From: Pelagomonas calceolata
Taxonomy: Eukaryota
Direction: 5' to 3'
Assembly (NCBI GenBank): GCA_918797485.1
Contig: CAKKNE010000001.1
Span: 2,108,001-2,172,000, forward strand
Length of the DNA stretch: 64,000 nucleotides
Shown: positions 21,465-33,286 of the stretch, piece by piece
Numbering within the stretch: the first letter of the stretch is position 1
Layout: every line of letters starts with the position of its first letter
The notes under the pieces: generated by a model
Told to the model about the DNA's origin: nothing
The model's input: the letters and a program-made list of their open reading frames with translations, nothing else
The model's database searches: none
Position numbers and translations under genes: made by a program

Positions 21465-22010
21465 CGCTGCTGCTCGCGACCGCTCCTTTAGCTTCGGATG
21501 CTGCAGGCCTGCCACAGCTTTTGCAAAATCTAGCAGCTCTCCGCACAGCTGCTTGCACTGAGTCTTGAGGACTATTTATTCTTCGAGTTCTCACGTACTC
21601 TAAGGCTGCCGCGACGGGTCGTTAATGCGATTTGCGGACGGCACTGCCTTCCATCCCTGAGAGCCAAAGCGCAGCTCGTGGGTTGCGAGGGCGTCTAGAA
21701 AGGTAGCGAGCGTGGGTTCGATGCGTCTTGCGGGTTGAATCGTCCTGCCCTTCGGTCTGAAATCAAAACGGGTTTTGCAGCAATTTTTTTTTCCTTCTGC
21801 GCGCGTTTGCTGTCAGCTGCGCACGCCCAGCAGCAGCTAAATAGCTCCATTTTTGCAAGCACGTATCGCAGCCATCAAAAGAACGGCACGAAACGCCGCT
21901 CCAAAGTAGCCAGCAGAGCCCAAGAGAGGCAGCAGGCCAGCACGCCGTCGACGCGCGCAACAGCACCAAGCCGCAGCAGCACGCCACCGGCGCGCCCAAA
22001 AATAACAAAA

Positions 22011-22880
22011 ATGTCCGTCACCAAGTCCGGCGTCGGCCCCGCCGAGTTCGCGAAAGACCTCGTATTAGGCGGCAGCAGCGGCTGCCTCGCGAAGACGATC
22101 TGCGCGCCCCTGGAACGCGTGAAAATCGTCTTGCAAACGGCGAAAAGCAACGACGGCATGCTGCGCACGGCCCAATCGATCGTCCGAGACCAGGGCACGA
22201 CGGCGCTCTGGCGCGGCAACCTGACGAACTGCGCTCGATATTTCCCGACGCAAGCCATCAACTTCGCGTGCAAGGAGCGCTACCAGAAGCTCCTCGTGCC
22301 TGATCGAGCGAACGGCTTCGCGCCGTGGTTCCTTGGATATCTCGCGGCCGGCGGGGCGGCAGGCGCCACCTCGTTAACAGTGGTCTACCCGCTCGAGTTC
22401 GCCTATACGCGCTTAGCCGCGGACGTCGGTTCAAAAAAACAGTTCAACGGGTTGTTGGACGTCGTGAAGCAAATCCGGGCGAAGGAAGGTATAGGAGGCT
22501 TGTACCGGGGCTATCCCGTGTCCGTTGTCGGGATTGTTGTTTACAGGGCGGGCTACTTCGGTTTTTATGATGCGGGAAAACAAGTCTTCTTTACCGATGG
22601 AGGGAAAGATACGTCAGTGTTCCTGAAGTTTGGACTGGCCTTGTGCGTCGACATCTCCGCGGCCGTGTTTGCTTATCCGGTCGATACCGTTAGAAGGCGC
22701 CTCATGATGCAGTCCGGTGCTTCTAGTGTAGAGTTCGACGGCGCGGCGAGCGCCGTGCGGCACATCTACAAAAAGGAGGGCGTCGGCGGCTTCTTTCGGG
22801 GGTGCATGGCGAACAACGTGCGGGCGATCGCGTCGGCGCTCGTGCTCGTGTTGTATGATGAGGCGAAGAAGTACGTCTGA
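22011..22880 (+). CDS. AAC: ADP/ATP carrier (mitochondrial carrier family)
   Basis: APLERVK, WRGNLTNCARYFPTQAINF, YPLE, YPVDTVRRRLMMQSG signature. Confidence 0.92.
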   Translation: MSVTKSGVGPAEFAKDLVLGGSSGCLAKTICAPLERVKIVLQTAKSNDGMLRTAQSIVRDQGTTALWRGNLTNCARYFPTQAINFACKERYQKLLVPDRANGFAPWFLGYLAAGGAAGATSLTVVYPLEFAYTRLAADVGSKKQFNGLLDVVKQIRAKEGIGGLYRGYPVSVVGIVVYRAGYFGFYDAGKQVFFTDGGKDTSVFLKFGLALCVDISAAVFAYPVDTVRRRLMMQSGASSVEFDGAASAVRHIYKKEGVGGFFRGCMANNVRAIASALVLVLYDEAKKYV

Positions 22881-23152
22881 GTTCGGTTTTGGGGTGTGTG
22901 GTGTAATGTACATTCTCTTACTGAGGCCTAGCGGCGGCGGGGGGAGCGCCTCGACGGTGTGGCGGCGGCGGGCTCGTCGCGGCGGCGCTTCTTTGTCTTG
23001 TACGTGCGGGGCATCAGCTGCCCGTCGACGACCGGGTTCGTGTGGCGGCGGCCTTCGAGGCCCGCGAGCAAAGGAAAAATATAGATATGCGCTCGCTTAC
23101 GCGGCCCGGACAATTAGGATTAGGGGAGATAAGGGCGGGAAGCAGCACCGTG

Positions 23153-24389
23153 TCACGACGAGGCGTCGCCGCGCGCGTCCTCGACGTCGTCGTCGACCTC
23201 GCGTGTTGACGGACGCGGCGCGCGCGGCGGTAATGTGGGAGGTAACGGCGGCGGCGCGCCGCCCTGCTCCATGAGAGCTGCTCTTAACTCGAGGATGTGG
23301 TGCAGCAGGCTCCGTTCCCGCTCCTCGGCCGCGACCAATCGCTTAGCTAACACACTATCTCTCCCATGGCTCTCAACGGTAGCCTTCACGATGGAGTCCA
23401 CAATGGCGTGGGCCGTCGGCTCGGCCCGGCCAATATGATGTTCATCTCCATCTTCCGAATTCGAGGACCCGCGTTGCGACCCACCAGACGAGTCTCCTGA
23501 CGAACCAGATCCAGACGACGACGTCACGATCTGCTGCTTGCGCGCGGCGAAGGGCTCGTCCTTCGTCGACGAATTTGAGAGGTCGGAGACGCCCCGCTTG
23601 ACGACGTCGCGAAGCTCCTCGCGCAACGCCTCGTTCTCCTTCGTGAGGCGCGCGCACTGCGCGTCGGCGCGCCCCTGGGCCGACTGGATGGCGCCCATGG
23701 CTAGAGCTCGTAAACCGTCGAACTTCTCGCCCTCGCTCAACGCTTCCCGCGTCGCGGCGGCCACGGACGCGGCGCTCTCAGCTAGAATACGGTCGCGGTC
23801 CCTCCGGTGCTCGTCACAGGTCCTTCTCACGGCCTTGAGGATCGCCGCCGTTTTTCGCGAGAGGGCGTCCCGCGCCTCTCGAGCAGCTTGGTCGCGCGCG
23901 CGTTGGAGAGCAACGTCAGCGTCCGTCGAGGCGTCTCTCGTCGCTACATATGAAGCGAAGCGGTCTGCTAATTTGGTGCGCGCGGCGGCGTCGGGGACCT
24001 GCGATGGCGTCGCGTCGATGGCGTGCCGGGATCGACGAACTGATGCGCGAGACGCGGCATTTTACAACAGCGGCCAGTTCCTCCAGGAACGCCCGCTCGG
24101 CGCCCCGCTCGTCGTCCTCGGCCTCGAGGAAGCTTGAGACGAGCTCCTCCTTCTCGGATGAAGACGCGTGGCGCGCGACGTCGCTGAGGTAGGCCTCGAG
24201 CTCGACCGGCTTCGTCGAAAAGGCCACGCCGTTCGTCGCGCCGAGGCGCGTGGCGCGGGCATGAAAAGCGTCGAGCTGGGCCTGGTCCTTGACGGCGTTC
24301 CAGGTCCGGCCGTCGCGCGAGACGCGCAGTTTGTAGCTCTCATTTTTTTGGCCGTCGCTCTCTACACTAATCTCGTAGCTTGACGCCAT
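23153..24389 (-). CDS. PX-like domain plus coiled-coil protein, one intron (~23999-24062)
   Basis: N-terminal PX-like pattern (YKLRV...LEAYL...VSSFL), coiled-coil C-terminal exon. Confidence 0.55.
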
Positions 24390-24785
24390 TCTTTCGACAG
24401 CAGCAGGGCGGCGTGGCCAAGGAGGGGCACAGGAGCAGCCGCCCGAAGCCTGTTGTGCAGCTTTTTGTTGTGTAAATCGTCCAAGTGCGCCGACTTGGCT
24501 GAAGTGCGTACATGCCAAGGGCAACCCTTCGCGAGCGCCTCTAGCAGTCGTCAGGGCACCGCTTTGGAGCTTCTATTGGCCAAGGAGAGGCCTACGAAAA
24601 AAATCGGGCGAAAAAACCCGCACCGCTACCCAGAACGCTCGGAGCACACAAGATCCGGACACGAACAGCCATCTAGTACCCCACGGACGCCTCGACGCAC
24701 GCCTCCCACGACAACAACCAGAGGTCGTTTGCCCACGACGAAGGCTGGTGGTGTATCGCAATAGCGCAGCCCAAACGACGCAGCG

Positions 24786-26657
24786 ATGGACAGCAAAGTC
24801 ACCGTAGCCGTGCGCTGCCGCCCGCTCATGCCCCGCGAAGAGCGGGCCGGCGCCGAGGCCGTGGTAGTATTGACAGACCGCCAGGTGAGTGTAGGAGACC
24901 CAGTGGAGCTCGCGGCGCGCGGCTCGTCGCCGATCCTGGGGCGAAACTTCGCCTTTGACTTGGTGCTGGGCGGCGACAGCCAGGCGGAAGTCCACGAGAC
25001 GCTGGGCGTGCCTTTGTTAAGACATGCGTGGCGAGGCCTCAACGCGAGCATCTTCGCTTATGGGCAAACAGGTAGTGGCAAGACCTACTCCATGACGGGT
25101 GGTGACGGTGATGAGCGAGGTATCATTCCTAGGGTTTGTGAGGGTTTGTGGGACGCCGCGGACGCCCATTCCGCAACGCACGAGACCACGGTGGAAGCTT
25201 CATATATGGAGGTATACAATGAACGCGTCCGCGATTTACTGGTACCGACCGGAAGACCCTTAAAAGTAAGGGAGCACCCGACGAAGGGTGCGTGCGTTCC
25301 TGAACTCACGGTGGTGAGGGTGCGAGGAAGAAATGAATTAGCTGAGCTACTAAGCGTCGGGAGTGACGCTAGAGCAACAGCAGCAACTAGGGGAAATGCC
25401 CGGTCCAGTCGTAGTCATGCGGTCGTGTCGTTGGTCGTATCACGACGAAGGAGAAGCGGTTCTTCGGAAGGTATTACTGAAGAGGGCTGGTGGTCCGGCC
25501 TCGATGCACCTGGATCATGTACATCAACGATCAGATTGGTCGATTTGGCAGGGTCGGAGCGCGTGGCCGTGACGGGCACGGACGGCGCCCGTCTCCAAGA
25601 GGCCAAGGCCATCAACAAATCATTAGCGGCGCTATGCGATGTGGTCAGTGCACTGGCAGCCAACTCAAGAAAGAAGAAGGCCTTCGTGCCTTATCGGAAT
25701 TCAGCGTTAACCTGGCTCCTCAAGGACTCGCTGGGGGGCAACGCCCACGCGGCCATGCTTGCTACTGTATCCCCTTCCGATAGGCACTTCGAGGAGACCG
25801 TGGCAACGTTGAAATACGCCTTTAGAGCAAGACGCGTGAAATGTCGAGCGACGGTGAATCTGGTGGAGGACCTGCCCGAGGAGGTCTTACCGTCACCTCC
25901 ATCACCCGCGGTCGTCGTCAGACGGAGCTCGCCGCGGCGGTCGCCGCAACAGCCGAAGCAAGTGAGGTGGCCTCGATTGACCAACCTCAACCCGGACCCG
26001 GCGTTTGCGGGAGCGGCCTGGGCGCCGATCCGGGATGGGGCGACGGTATTAGGTTGCACGGCCGAGGCCGATTGCGTGGTCCGAGGGTCAGGCGTCGCGC
26101 CGCGGCATGCCGTCGTTTGTTGTTCCTCAGCTCAAGGAGTTGTGGTTTTATGTGCTCTACCAGGAGCGGAGACGCACGTCGACGGCAACCGAGTCGCCAT
26201 GGACGAGCGCGAAGCTACAAGACTAGAACACGGCAGTCGCGTCGTGTTGGCAAGACGGCTAGCTTTCAGGTATGAAGCTAGACAGGACGAGTCACTGGAC
26301 GCCTTTGATGCCACAGACGCCTGGCACGCGGCCATCGCCGAGGTCTCGCAGAAAGGCAGTGGTGCTTTCGCCGACGAGTTCCGAGGCCTGTCGCAGCTCG
26401 ACGACGAGGAGGCCTCACAACCAGCTCGGGCGGCGTCGCCGGACCCTCCGGAGTACACGACGGCGCGCGCGCCGGACCCCGTGCCCCGCGTCGTCGTGGG
26501 CGGCGGCCCGTCGCCGCGCAAAAGTGCGCCGCGGCCGCTGACGCCGCCGCGGTCAGAAGCGCTTGGCGACGCGGACTTGGATGATTTGGCCGCGGCCCAA
26601 GCGCAGCTCGACGCGATACTGGGGGCGCCGCCGGCCTACGTGGCGTCGCGGCAGTAA
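24786..26657 (+). CDS. Kinesin-3 family motor with FHA-like domain
   Basis: VAVRCRP, AYGQTGSGKTYSM, SSRSHA, LVDLAGSER, PYRNSALTWLLKDSLGGN; LTNLNPDP preceding FHA-like region. Confidence 0.92.
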   Translation: MDSKVTVAVRCRPLMPREERAGAEAVVVLTDRQVSVGDPVELAARGSSPILGRNFAFDLVLGGDSQAEVHETLGVPLLRHAWRGLNASIFAYGQTGSGKTYSMTGGDGDERGIIPRVCEGLWDAADAHSATHETTVEASYMEVYNERVRDLLVPTGRPLKVREHPTKGACVPELTVVRVRGRNELAELLSVGSDARATAATRGNARSSRSHAVVSLVVSRRRRSGSSEGITEEGWWSGLDAPGSCTSTIRLVDLAGSERVAVTGTDGARLQEAKAINKSLAALCDVVSALAANSRKKKAFVPYRNSALTWLLKDSLGGNAHAAMLATVSPSDRHFEETVATLKYAFRARRVKCRATVNLVEDLPEEVLPSPPSPAVVVRRSSPRRSPQQPKQVRWPRLTNLNPDPAFAGAAWAPIRDGATVLGCTAEADCVVRGSGVAPRHAVVCCSSAQGVVVLCALPGAETHVDGNRVAMDEREATRLEHGSRVVLARRLAFRYEARQDESLDAFDATDAWHAAIAEVSQKGSGAFADEFRGLSQLDDEEASQPARAASPDPPEYTTARAPDPVPRVVVGGGPSPRKSAPRPLTPPRSEALGDADLDDLAAAQAQLDAILGAPPAYVASRQ

Positions 26658-26984
26658 GTCTAGTTTTCCTACTTGAGTCCTCGTTCCTCGTCGTCCGCGT
26701 CGGCTGCTCTCTTTCGCGCCGGCTCATCTGTCGTCGGAGTAGTGAGGGGGTTCTTTCTATTCGCCTGGTTCGGGCGCTTGCTAGTGTCTTAGGCCGCTAT
26801 CGGCTGGTTTTTATGTGGCACCTCGGGACTTGGCTTTGAGTTGCGTCTGTGGGCCACATTTCTGCACTTGCGCTGTTTAGCGGTCATTTCTGTACTTATA
26901 CCTTGCAAGCCAAGAGCAATCGCCGGTTCCTGGACCGTTTCACGGCGATTTTTTTAGGGCTCTCCGAGACAGGTTGATTAATAT

Positions 26985-27551
26985 ATGTACGTCCACCACG
27001 TCGACGGCGCGCCGCAAATAATCCACATGGAGTGCTCGCCGATCCGCCGCAACGCCGAGCGCCGCCGGACGGCGCACTTTGATCAAGTCACGCCCGGCGA
27101 GCCGTTCCGCACGCTCGCCGACGAGAGCCCCCTGAGCCTGGTCGGCGACGGCGACGAGAGCCCCCAGGGCCTCCGGCGCGAGGCGTCGGCCGCGACGGTC
27201 ATGGACCTCGAAGAAGCTCAAGAACTCCCCGAGGCGCCGACGCGGCCCGTCGCCTCGCCCGCCGAGTCCTACGATAGTCACCTCGAGGCCTTCCGCCCGG
27301 TCCAGGCCGGCGTCTTCTTCGGCGTCGAGAAGCTCAAAGGCGAGCCGACGTTCAACGGCTTCAGCCTCGGCGCCGAGCCGTCGACGCCGACGAAGCGCGC
27401 CTCGCCGAGCTTCATCTCGCCGGACGGCGTCGAGGGTTTCAACTTCGAGGGAGGGATCGACGAAGGCGACCTGTCGCCGACGAAGAAGACGAAGGTCAGG
27501 CGCGGTAGGGCCACGCCGCCGCAGCACAAGCTCCCGATCCTCTTCTTCTGA
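26985..27551 (+). CDS. Hypothetical low-complexity S/P-rich protein
   Basis: ORF with strong GC3 bias. Confidence 0.55.
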   Translation: MYVHHVDGAPQIIHMECSPIRRNAERRRTAHFDQVTPGEPFRTLADESPLSLVGDGDESPQGLRREASAATVMDLEEAQELPEAPTRPVASPAESYDSHLEAFRPVQAGVFFGVEKLKGEPTFNGFSLGAEPSTPTKRASPSFISPDGVEGFNFEGGIDEGDLSPTKKTKVRRGRATPPQHKLPILFF

Positions 27552-27699
27552 ACGCGACGCCGCGGGACTGCCGTCTCGGTAGTCTAACCCCGCGGCGCGG
27601 CGCTCACCATCATCATGAACAATGTCCGTCCACTTCTCTCCCATTGCCTTCCCCATCTCCTACCACGTCTAATGTTTCGGAATTACAAATGAACACAAC

Positions 27700-29009
27700 T
27701 TACTCGTCACCCAACAACAGCGGCCCCAGCCGCGCCGCGTCGCCGCACCTCCTTAACCCCCAGAGCTCGAGGAGGTGCGCGAGGACGACGTCCGCGACGC
27801 CCGCGGCGCGCAGCTTATCCAGCGCGCGCGCGGCCTGGTTCCGGTAGAAGTCCTTCTGCGGCGCCGCGCGCGGCCGCTGCGTTTCAGGCGGCGGTGCCGC
27901 GTCGTCCCGGAGCGCCGCGTACCATTCCTCGAGGGGCGCGTAGCGCGTCGCGTGCACTTTCCGAGCGAAGGCCGGCGCGTCGTCCACGAACTCCGCGAGC
28001 GCCTCGACGAGGGGCCCGCCCGGGTCCGGCGTCTGGAAGACGACGGCGGCCCGCTTGGCCTGGGCCTGTGTGGAATTCAAATTTCGGCCGTCCCACGCGT
28101 TCGGCGCGACGTGCTCCCGTAGCTGCGTCTGCGCGATGGCGTGGTGTTTCCAGGCCATCGACGCGACGTCGTTGAAACCTAACTCACTGGTTGATTTCCA
28201 CACAGGCGTGCGCGGCCGGGAAGAAGGTGTTGATGGACGCGGAGAGGTCGCGGGCCTGCGTCGCGTGTTTTGTGATCTTTCGCACTGCCGCGGCTCTCTC
28301 GCGAGACCCGTAGACTCTCTGACGGCCACGTCGACGACGTGTCGCGGCGACGAGCAGCCGTCTCGGGACGCCATCGACGCGGACGACGCGCCTCGCAGTG
28401 GTGGAACCAGAAGGCCGGGATCGCCAGCGCGTCGCCGGGTTCGAGGACGACGTCGAGGTCCGGGTCCGGCATCTCCTCAACGTCGATCTGCGCTTTCCGG
28501 GCGAGCGGGTGCGCGTCGGGGAAGGGCCTCATGGTCCAGTGAGATGATGGCGCCCAGCACCTGATTCGCTTCGTGCCCACGCATTGGCCCAGAATATTGT
28601 CGGCGACGTCGTAGTGTGCCTGGGTCGTCGAGCCGTTCCCGCCGACCCAGAGTGAGGTCTTGCGCGGCAGCGCATCCACGACGTCGTCTCCCACAGCTCC
28701 GCGCCACCAGTCCGCGCCATCATTCTTGAAGGTTGTAGTGTAGTAGTAGTAGTCGCTGCTCTGGGATGCGCATTTGTCGAGGAGCTCGCCGCCCGTCAAC
28801 GTCTCCCACTCAACTCTAAAGCGGTCCGCGCCGACGGTCCGCTTCTTCGTATTCGAATCGTCCTCGCTGTAGCAGAACAGGCCTGTAACCGAGCGCTTCG
28901 CGACGAGTTGTGCCGGGAGCGCGTCCGCGAGGCTGACGTTTCGCAATTTTTGTCGTAGGGTCTGGCAGGCGACGAGGGCGGGCTTTTTTAGTGAGGATGA
29001 TGCTGCCAT
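27700..29009 (-). CDS. JmjC/cupin-8 hydroxylase; introns ~28258-28392 and 28066-28213
   Basis: LWVGG...TQAHYD...GTKRIR...LEPGDALAIPAFWFHH. Confidence 0.85.
28066..28205. mobile_element. Introner element (TIR CTGTGTGGAA..TTTCCACACAG), GC donor taken from TSD
   Basis: TSD GCCTGGGC (28058-28065) vs GCGTGCGC (28206-28213). Confidence 0.8.
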
Positions 29010-29364
29010 TTTCTATCGCTGCGCTTCGACGGCTGTGGTTGGCTCTGCAGCCTGTGGCAGCACTTTGGTGCTGCGATTCAGGGGCGTCACGGGTGCTCAA
29101 GACGTTGTGCACTGCTAACGCCGGTCACGCACGGATGCCAGACGAGCGCTTTGGGTCGGTGGTGCTTGCGAGGGCGGGCTTTTTTAGTGAGGATGATGCT
29201 GCCATTTTCTATCGCTGCGCTTCGACGGCTGTGGTTGGCTCTGCAGCCTGTGGCAGCACTTTGGTGCTGCGATTCAGGGGCGTCACGGGTGCTCAAGACG
29301 TTGTGCACTGCTAACGCCGGTCACGCACGGATGCCAGACGAGCGCTTTGGGTCGGTGGTGCTTG
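28973..29364. repeat. Exact 196-bp tandem duplication covering the JmjC start and upstream region
   Basis: 28973-29168 repeated at 29169-29364. Confidence 0.95.
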
Positions 29365-29523
29365 TCGCGCCTGCGCTTTGCCAGGGCCGAGGCTGTGCTG
29401 CTCTCAGAGGTCCGCGCGCCGTAACATATCCCGTCGACGGGATATGTTACGCGAAGGCACTGGAACCCGAGAGGCCATACACATGCGCATGACTAACCAA
29501 CGTAAAAACAATTATAAAGACGA

Positions 29524-29991
29524 CTAGATGCCGAACGACGTCCCGCACCCGCAGCTCGTCTCGGCGTTCGGGTTCTTGAATTGGAAGCCGCCGCCGATGA
29601 GCTCATTGCTGTAGCCCAATTCCAACCCGAAGAGGTAGAGCATCGACTTCGGGTCGATGACCACCTTGAAGCCCTCGGGCCACTCCTCGACGTGGTCCTG
29701 CTCCGTGATGTCTGCCTCCTTGCAGAGATCCATGGCGTAGCTCATGCCCGAGCAGCCCCCCGCCTTGACGCCCATCCGCAGGTGCGTGCCGGGGCCCTCG
29801 GCCGCGCGGAGCTTCGCGATGTGATCCTGGGCCTCAGGGGTGATGGTTATCACATAGTTTGACGTATCGGTCGGCGCGGCGGTCTCGGTGGACGCGCGAC
29901 GAGGTATCCGCCGTCGCGCCGTCGGCGTGCTGGGTGGAGCAAGGGCAGTGACTGCGGAGAGGACGGCCGCCGCCGCCCAGATATGCCTCAT
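29524..29991 (-). CDS. sufA: Plastid Fe-S cluster A-type carrier (SufA/IscA, HesB family)
   Basis: LRMGVKAGGCSGMSY, NPNAETSCGCGTSF; bipartite leader. Confidence 0.92.
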   Translation of the reverse strand: MRHIWAAAAVLSAVTALAPPSTPTARRRIPRRASTETAAPTDTSNYVITITPEAQDHIAKLRAAEGPGTHLRMGVKAGGCSGMSYAMDLCKEADITEQDHVEEWPEGFKVVIDPKSMLYLFGLELGYSNELIGGGFQFKNPNAETSCGCGTSFGI

Positions 29992-30401
29992 TGTTTGCAC
30001 GGCGCTTGAATTGTAGTGCCTTTTCTCTGATGAATGCGACTATGAGCCAGCGCGCTCCTGCAGCGGCCTATCTATTTGCCTGGAGCCAAGCTGGCAATCG
30101 AGCCCGCGGCGACGGCGGCCGGCTCCGCGAAGAGGTGTCTGTTGAGTGCTGCAGACGTCGCAGGACGAGGGATCAATACACAAAAAGGCGCAAGGCACAG
30201 GCCTGAGAGGCCCAGTTTGGCCTGCTCTCACAGCCCAAAAGGCTCTGCAGCAGCGCTGTCGCAGTTACGACGCCGTCAGCTAGTCCACACCCTCGCTGAG
30301 GGCCAAGCTACTCGCGCTGCAACTGAAATTCGTGCACGGCGAGCACCGCTGCGCCGCAGAGACGCTGCAGCAGATCAGGCCAGCAGCCTGCAGCCGAAGC
30401 C

Positions 30402-31250
30402 ATGGCCGAACCAACGCAAAAGCGCTCCCGCGACGCCGACGCCGACGCGACGGAGGACGCGAGCCACCGGGAGAAGAAGATGCGCGAGTCGATCAATGGC
30501 GCAGCGGCCGAGCTGCTATGCCCGATCACGCTAAAATTGCCGATTCAGCCCGTCATGGCTGAAGACGGCAAGATCTACGAGGAGAAAGCTATCCGCGACT
30601 GGTTCGCGAAGAAACGAGAGAGAGAGGAGCTTCCGACCAGCCCGAGCACGGGCGCCGTCATCGGCACGAAATTGCTGCCCGCCGTGCAGGTGCGGAACAC
30701 CATCGAGTCGCTGATTCAGACCGGCGCCATCGAGGGCGAGCTCGCCGAGGCCTGGCAGAAGGACTCGGCGAAGAAGCTGGCGGAGGAGACGTGGGTGAAG
30801 GAGATGCGCGCGAAGGCAGAAGGCGGCGACGGCGACGCTATGTATTGGCTCGGCCTGGCGTACGATACTGGTTCAAAGGGCCTCGCGGAAGACGAGGCGC
30901 AAGCCCGCGCGTGGTACGAGCGCAGCGCGGCGGCCCGGAACCCGAAAGGTCTAGGAAGTTTCGCTGAGTGTCTCCTGACGGGCGCCGGTGGGTCCCAGGA
31001 CATTACGCTCGGGCTCGTGATTGTGACCCAGGCGGCGGAGCTCGGCTCAGACTTTGGCGCGTATGCACTTAGCGAAGCGTTTTTCTTTGGCAATTACGGC
31101 CTGCAGAAGAACTCCGCTCAGGCGCGGTTCTGGCTGAAGAAGGTCGTCGACGGCGAGTGCAAGTTCAAGAACCTGCACAAGGACCATGTTGCCCTCGCGG
31201 CGAATATGCTCACGGTAATGGACGCGCCGCGCCAGTCCCGCGATGTGTAA
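30402..31250 (+). CDS. U-box plus Sel1-repeat protein
   Basis: LLCPITLKLPIQPVMAEDGKIYEEKAIRDWF...SPSTG; AEGGDGDAMYWLG/ARAWYERSA Sel1 repeats. Confidence 0.9.
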   Translation: MAEPTQKRSRDADADATEDASHREKKMRESINGAAAELLCPITLKLPIQPVMAEDGKIYEEKAIRDWFAKKREREELPTSPSTGAVIGTKLLPAVQVRNTIESLIQTGAIEGELAEAWQKDSAKKLAEETWVKEMRAKAEGGDGDAMYWLGLAYDTGSKGLAEDEAQARAWYERSAAARNPKGLGSFAECLLTGAGGSQDITLGLVIVTQAAELGSDFGAYALSEAFFFGNYGLQKNSAQARFWLKKVVDGECKFKNLHKDHVALAANMLTVMDAPRQSRDV

Positions 31251-31422
31251 GAAGTCACGGTGAACACAACAGCGCTCGCGACGACGGGGCAACCGAGAAT
31301 CTGCACCGGACCATATACTTTATACGGGGGGAGGATGATGTCGACCAGTCCAGGTGTGGGGAAGGGGGCGATCCGTGCCGGCGAGCTTGGGTGCGGCTCA
31401 GACCGCGCGTCGTCGCGTCCAA

Positions 31423-32556
31423 TTAGGCGAGCACCGAGTAGGCGGCGCACGCGGCGTTCCAGGCGAGGCACGGCACGGCGTACTGGCCCGACATGAGGCC
31501 GGCGTTGCGCGCGACGACCGAGATGGCGGCCCAGCCGCCGAAGAAGAGGAGGCCGTTGTTGCGCGCGTCGGACTCCGAGCCAGCCATGACTTTCCCGCCC
31601 AAGACCAAGTTGTTGATCGCGAGGCCCTGCAAGAGGATCGTGGGGCCGACCTGTGTGGAAATCAAATTTTACGGCGCGTTCGTGCTGAATCGTCGCGTCA
31701 ACCTCCACTCCATCGACGCGATGCCTCGATGGCGTGGCGGTGTGCCAGTTCCTGACCGCTCGACAGAGCCAGCACGGCCGCGTCATCGCCGAGCAATGAG
31801 TTAGTGAAGAATCATCGGGTGCACCCGACGCACTGGTTGATTTCCACACCGGGGCCGACCTTGCCCCCCATGATGTTCGAGGTGAGCCACTCCGGCGCGA
31901 AGAGGAGGCCGAGGCCCCAGCCGAGCATCTGGACGCCAACGACGTTCTGCATCGTGAGGTCGCGGTTCTTGGGGAGGACGGCGTTGAGGCCGTTGGTGTC
32001 GAGCGTCGTGACGAAGTTGTAGAGGCCTCCCGAGCGGCGCACGGCCGAGAGCGCGAGGAGCGCGCAGATCGTCTGCGTGCGGCCCGCGACGCCCGCCGCG
32101 TTGCGGAGCATGTAGGCCCAGCCGCCGAGCCAGAGCGCGGCCGACGAGGCGGCCTGGGAGTCGGAGTCGCGGCCGAGGCGCGCGCCGAGGAGCGCGGCCG
32201 CGAGGCCGGCGCCGCGGATCATGACCGCGTTGGAGCCGCTCGAGGCGACGCCGAGGACCTTCTCCGCGACGAGCTCGGGCTTGATGATCGAGCAGGCGCC
32301 TGCGAGCGACCCGAAATTAGGAACATTTTCGTGTTCTGGCCGGCAAAACGGAATGAATTTGCGGACGCTGATACGCGCCGAGCGCGAGGCCGCCCCACGA
32401 GTAGATGGCCTGGCTGGAGGCGCCGATCTCCGACGGCGCGATGGCGTTCTTGATGCCATCGACGTCAAGGGCGGCCTGCACCGGGGGTGCCCGGGCGAAT
32501 CGCACGGCGGGCGTGCGGAAGGCGGTGGCGACAGAGACGAGAGCAAGAACGCGCAT
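31423..32556 (-). CDS. Plastid-targeted membrane protein; introns ~32300-32372 and 31651-31859
   Basis: MRVLALVSVATA-F leader; hydrophobic helices; frame restored by removing the introner. Confidence 0.7.
31651..31851. mobile_element. Introner element, 201 bp, 15-bp TIR, perfect 8-bp TSD GGGCCGAC
   Basis: CTGTGTGGAAATCAA...TTGATTTCCACACCG; TSD 31643-31650 / 31852-31859. Confidence 0.92.
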
Positions 32557-33286
32557 GTTTTTTTTTAGGTCTGCGCGGGCAAAACAAAGATAATTCAGGG
32601 AGGGGGGCAGAGATAGTCGATCGCGCGCGCATGGCGGGAGCGGCGGGGGGCGCGCGCTCCAGCGCGTTGCTCCCCGGGGCGCGCAAGACAGATGCACGGT
32701 ATTCGGGGCGAAAAAAGCGGCCGCAGGAGCGCTTTTTGCATTCAGCGGCTGCGGGCAAGCTTTTGGAGGGGCTACCCGGCTGCGGGTGCTGGTGAGGGCG
32801 TACCTGGGGAGCGTAAGGTGCGATAATGTTAGTTCTGCCTGGGGGGCGGCGGCATCAAGATTTGGAGGGGGGGGTCTCGCGCTAGATCGCCGTTCACCTG
32901 TCCGTTCGCCGTCCTGCGGACCGCTTGGAGGCAGAACGCACCTCTCTCGTCCCCCACAACCAGCGTAAATGCCCAGACAACAAGGAGCTTCGCTTCCAAC
33001 AGACCCCTCCCGTCCCATTCTGACGAGTGTCGGTCGCGAGGCGCCTCCGCAGACGCTTCCAAATACCCCCAAGAGGCCTCCCCCATCTCGCGTCGAGAGA
33101 CAACCCGACAAGCCTAGTAAAGCCTCTCTTGGCAGGCGCTGCCCATCGACTTTTTTGGCCCGGCATAGGGCTGCCCCGCGCGCCGCAGGGCTGCCCACGC
33201 CCCGCAGGAGTCCTCACGCCGCCGCCGCGCCCCACCCAAGCGCGAGACACAAGCAGAAACGCAGCACCACACAACACAACACAACC

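Noticed and set aside
21690..21740. GGGTTCGAT B-box-like sequence
   Set aside because: No complementary T stem; not a tRNA
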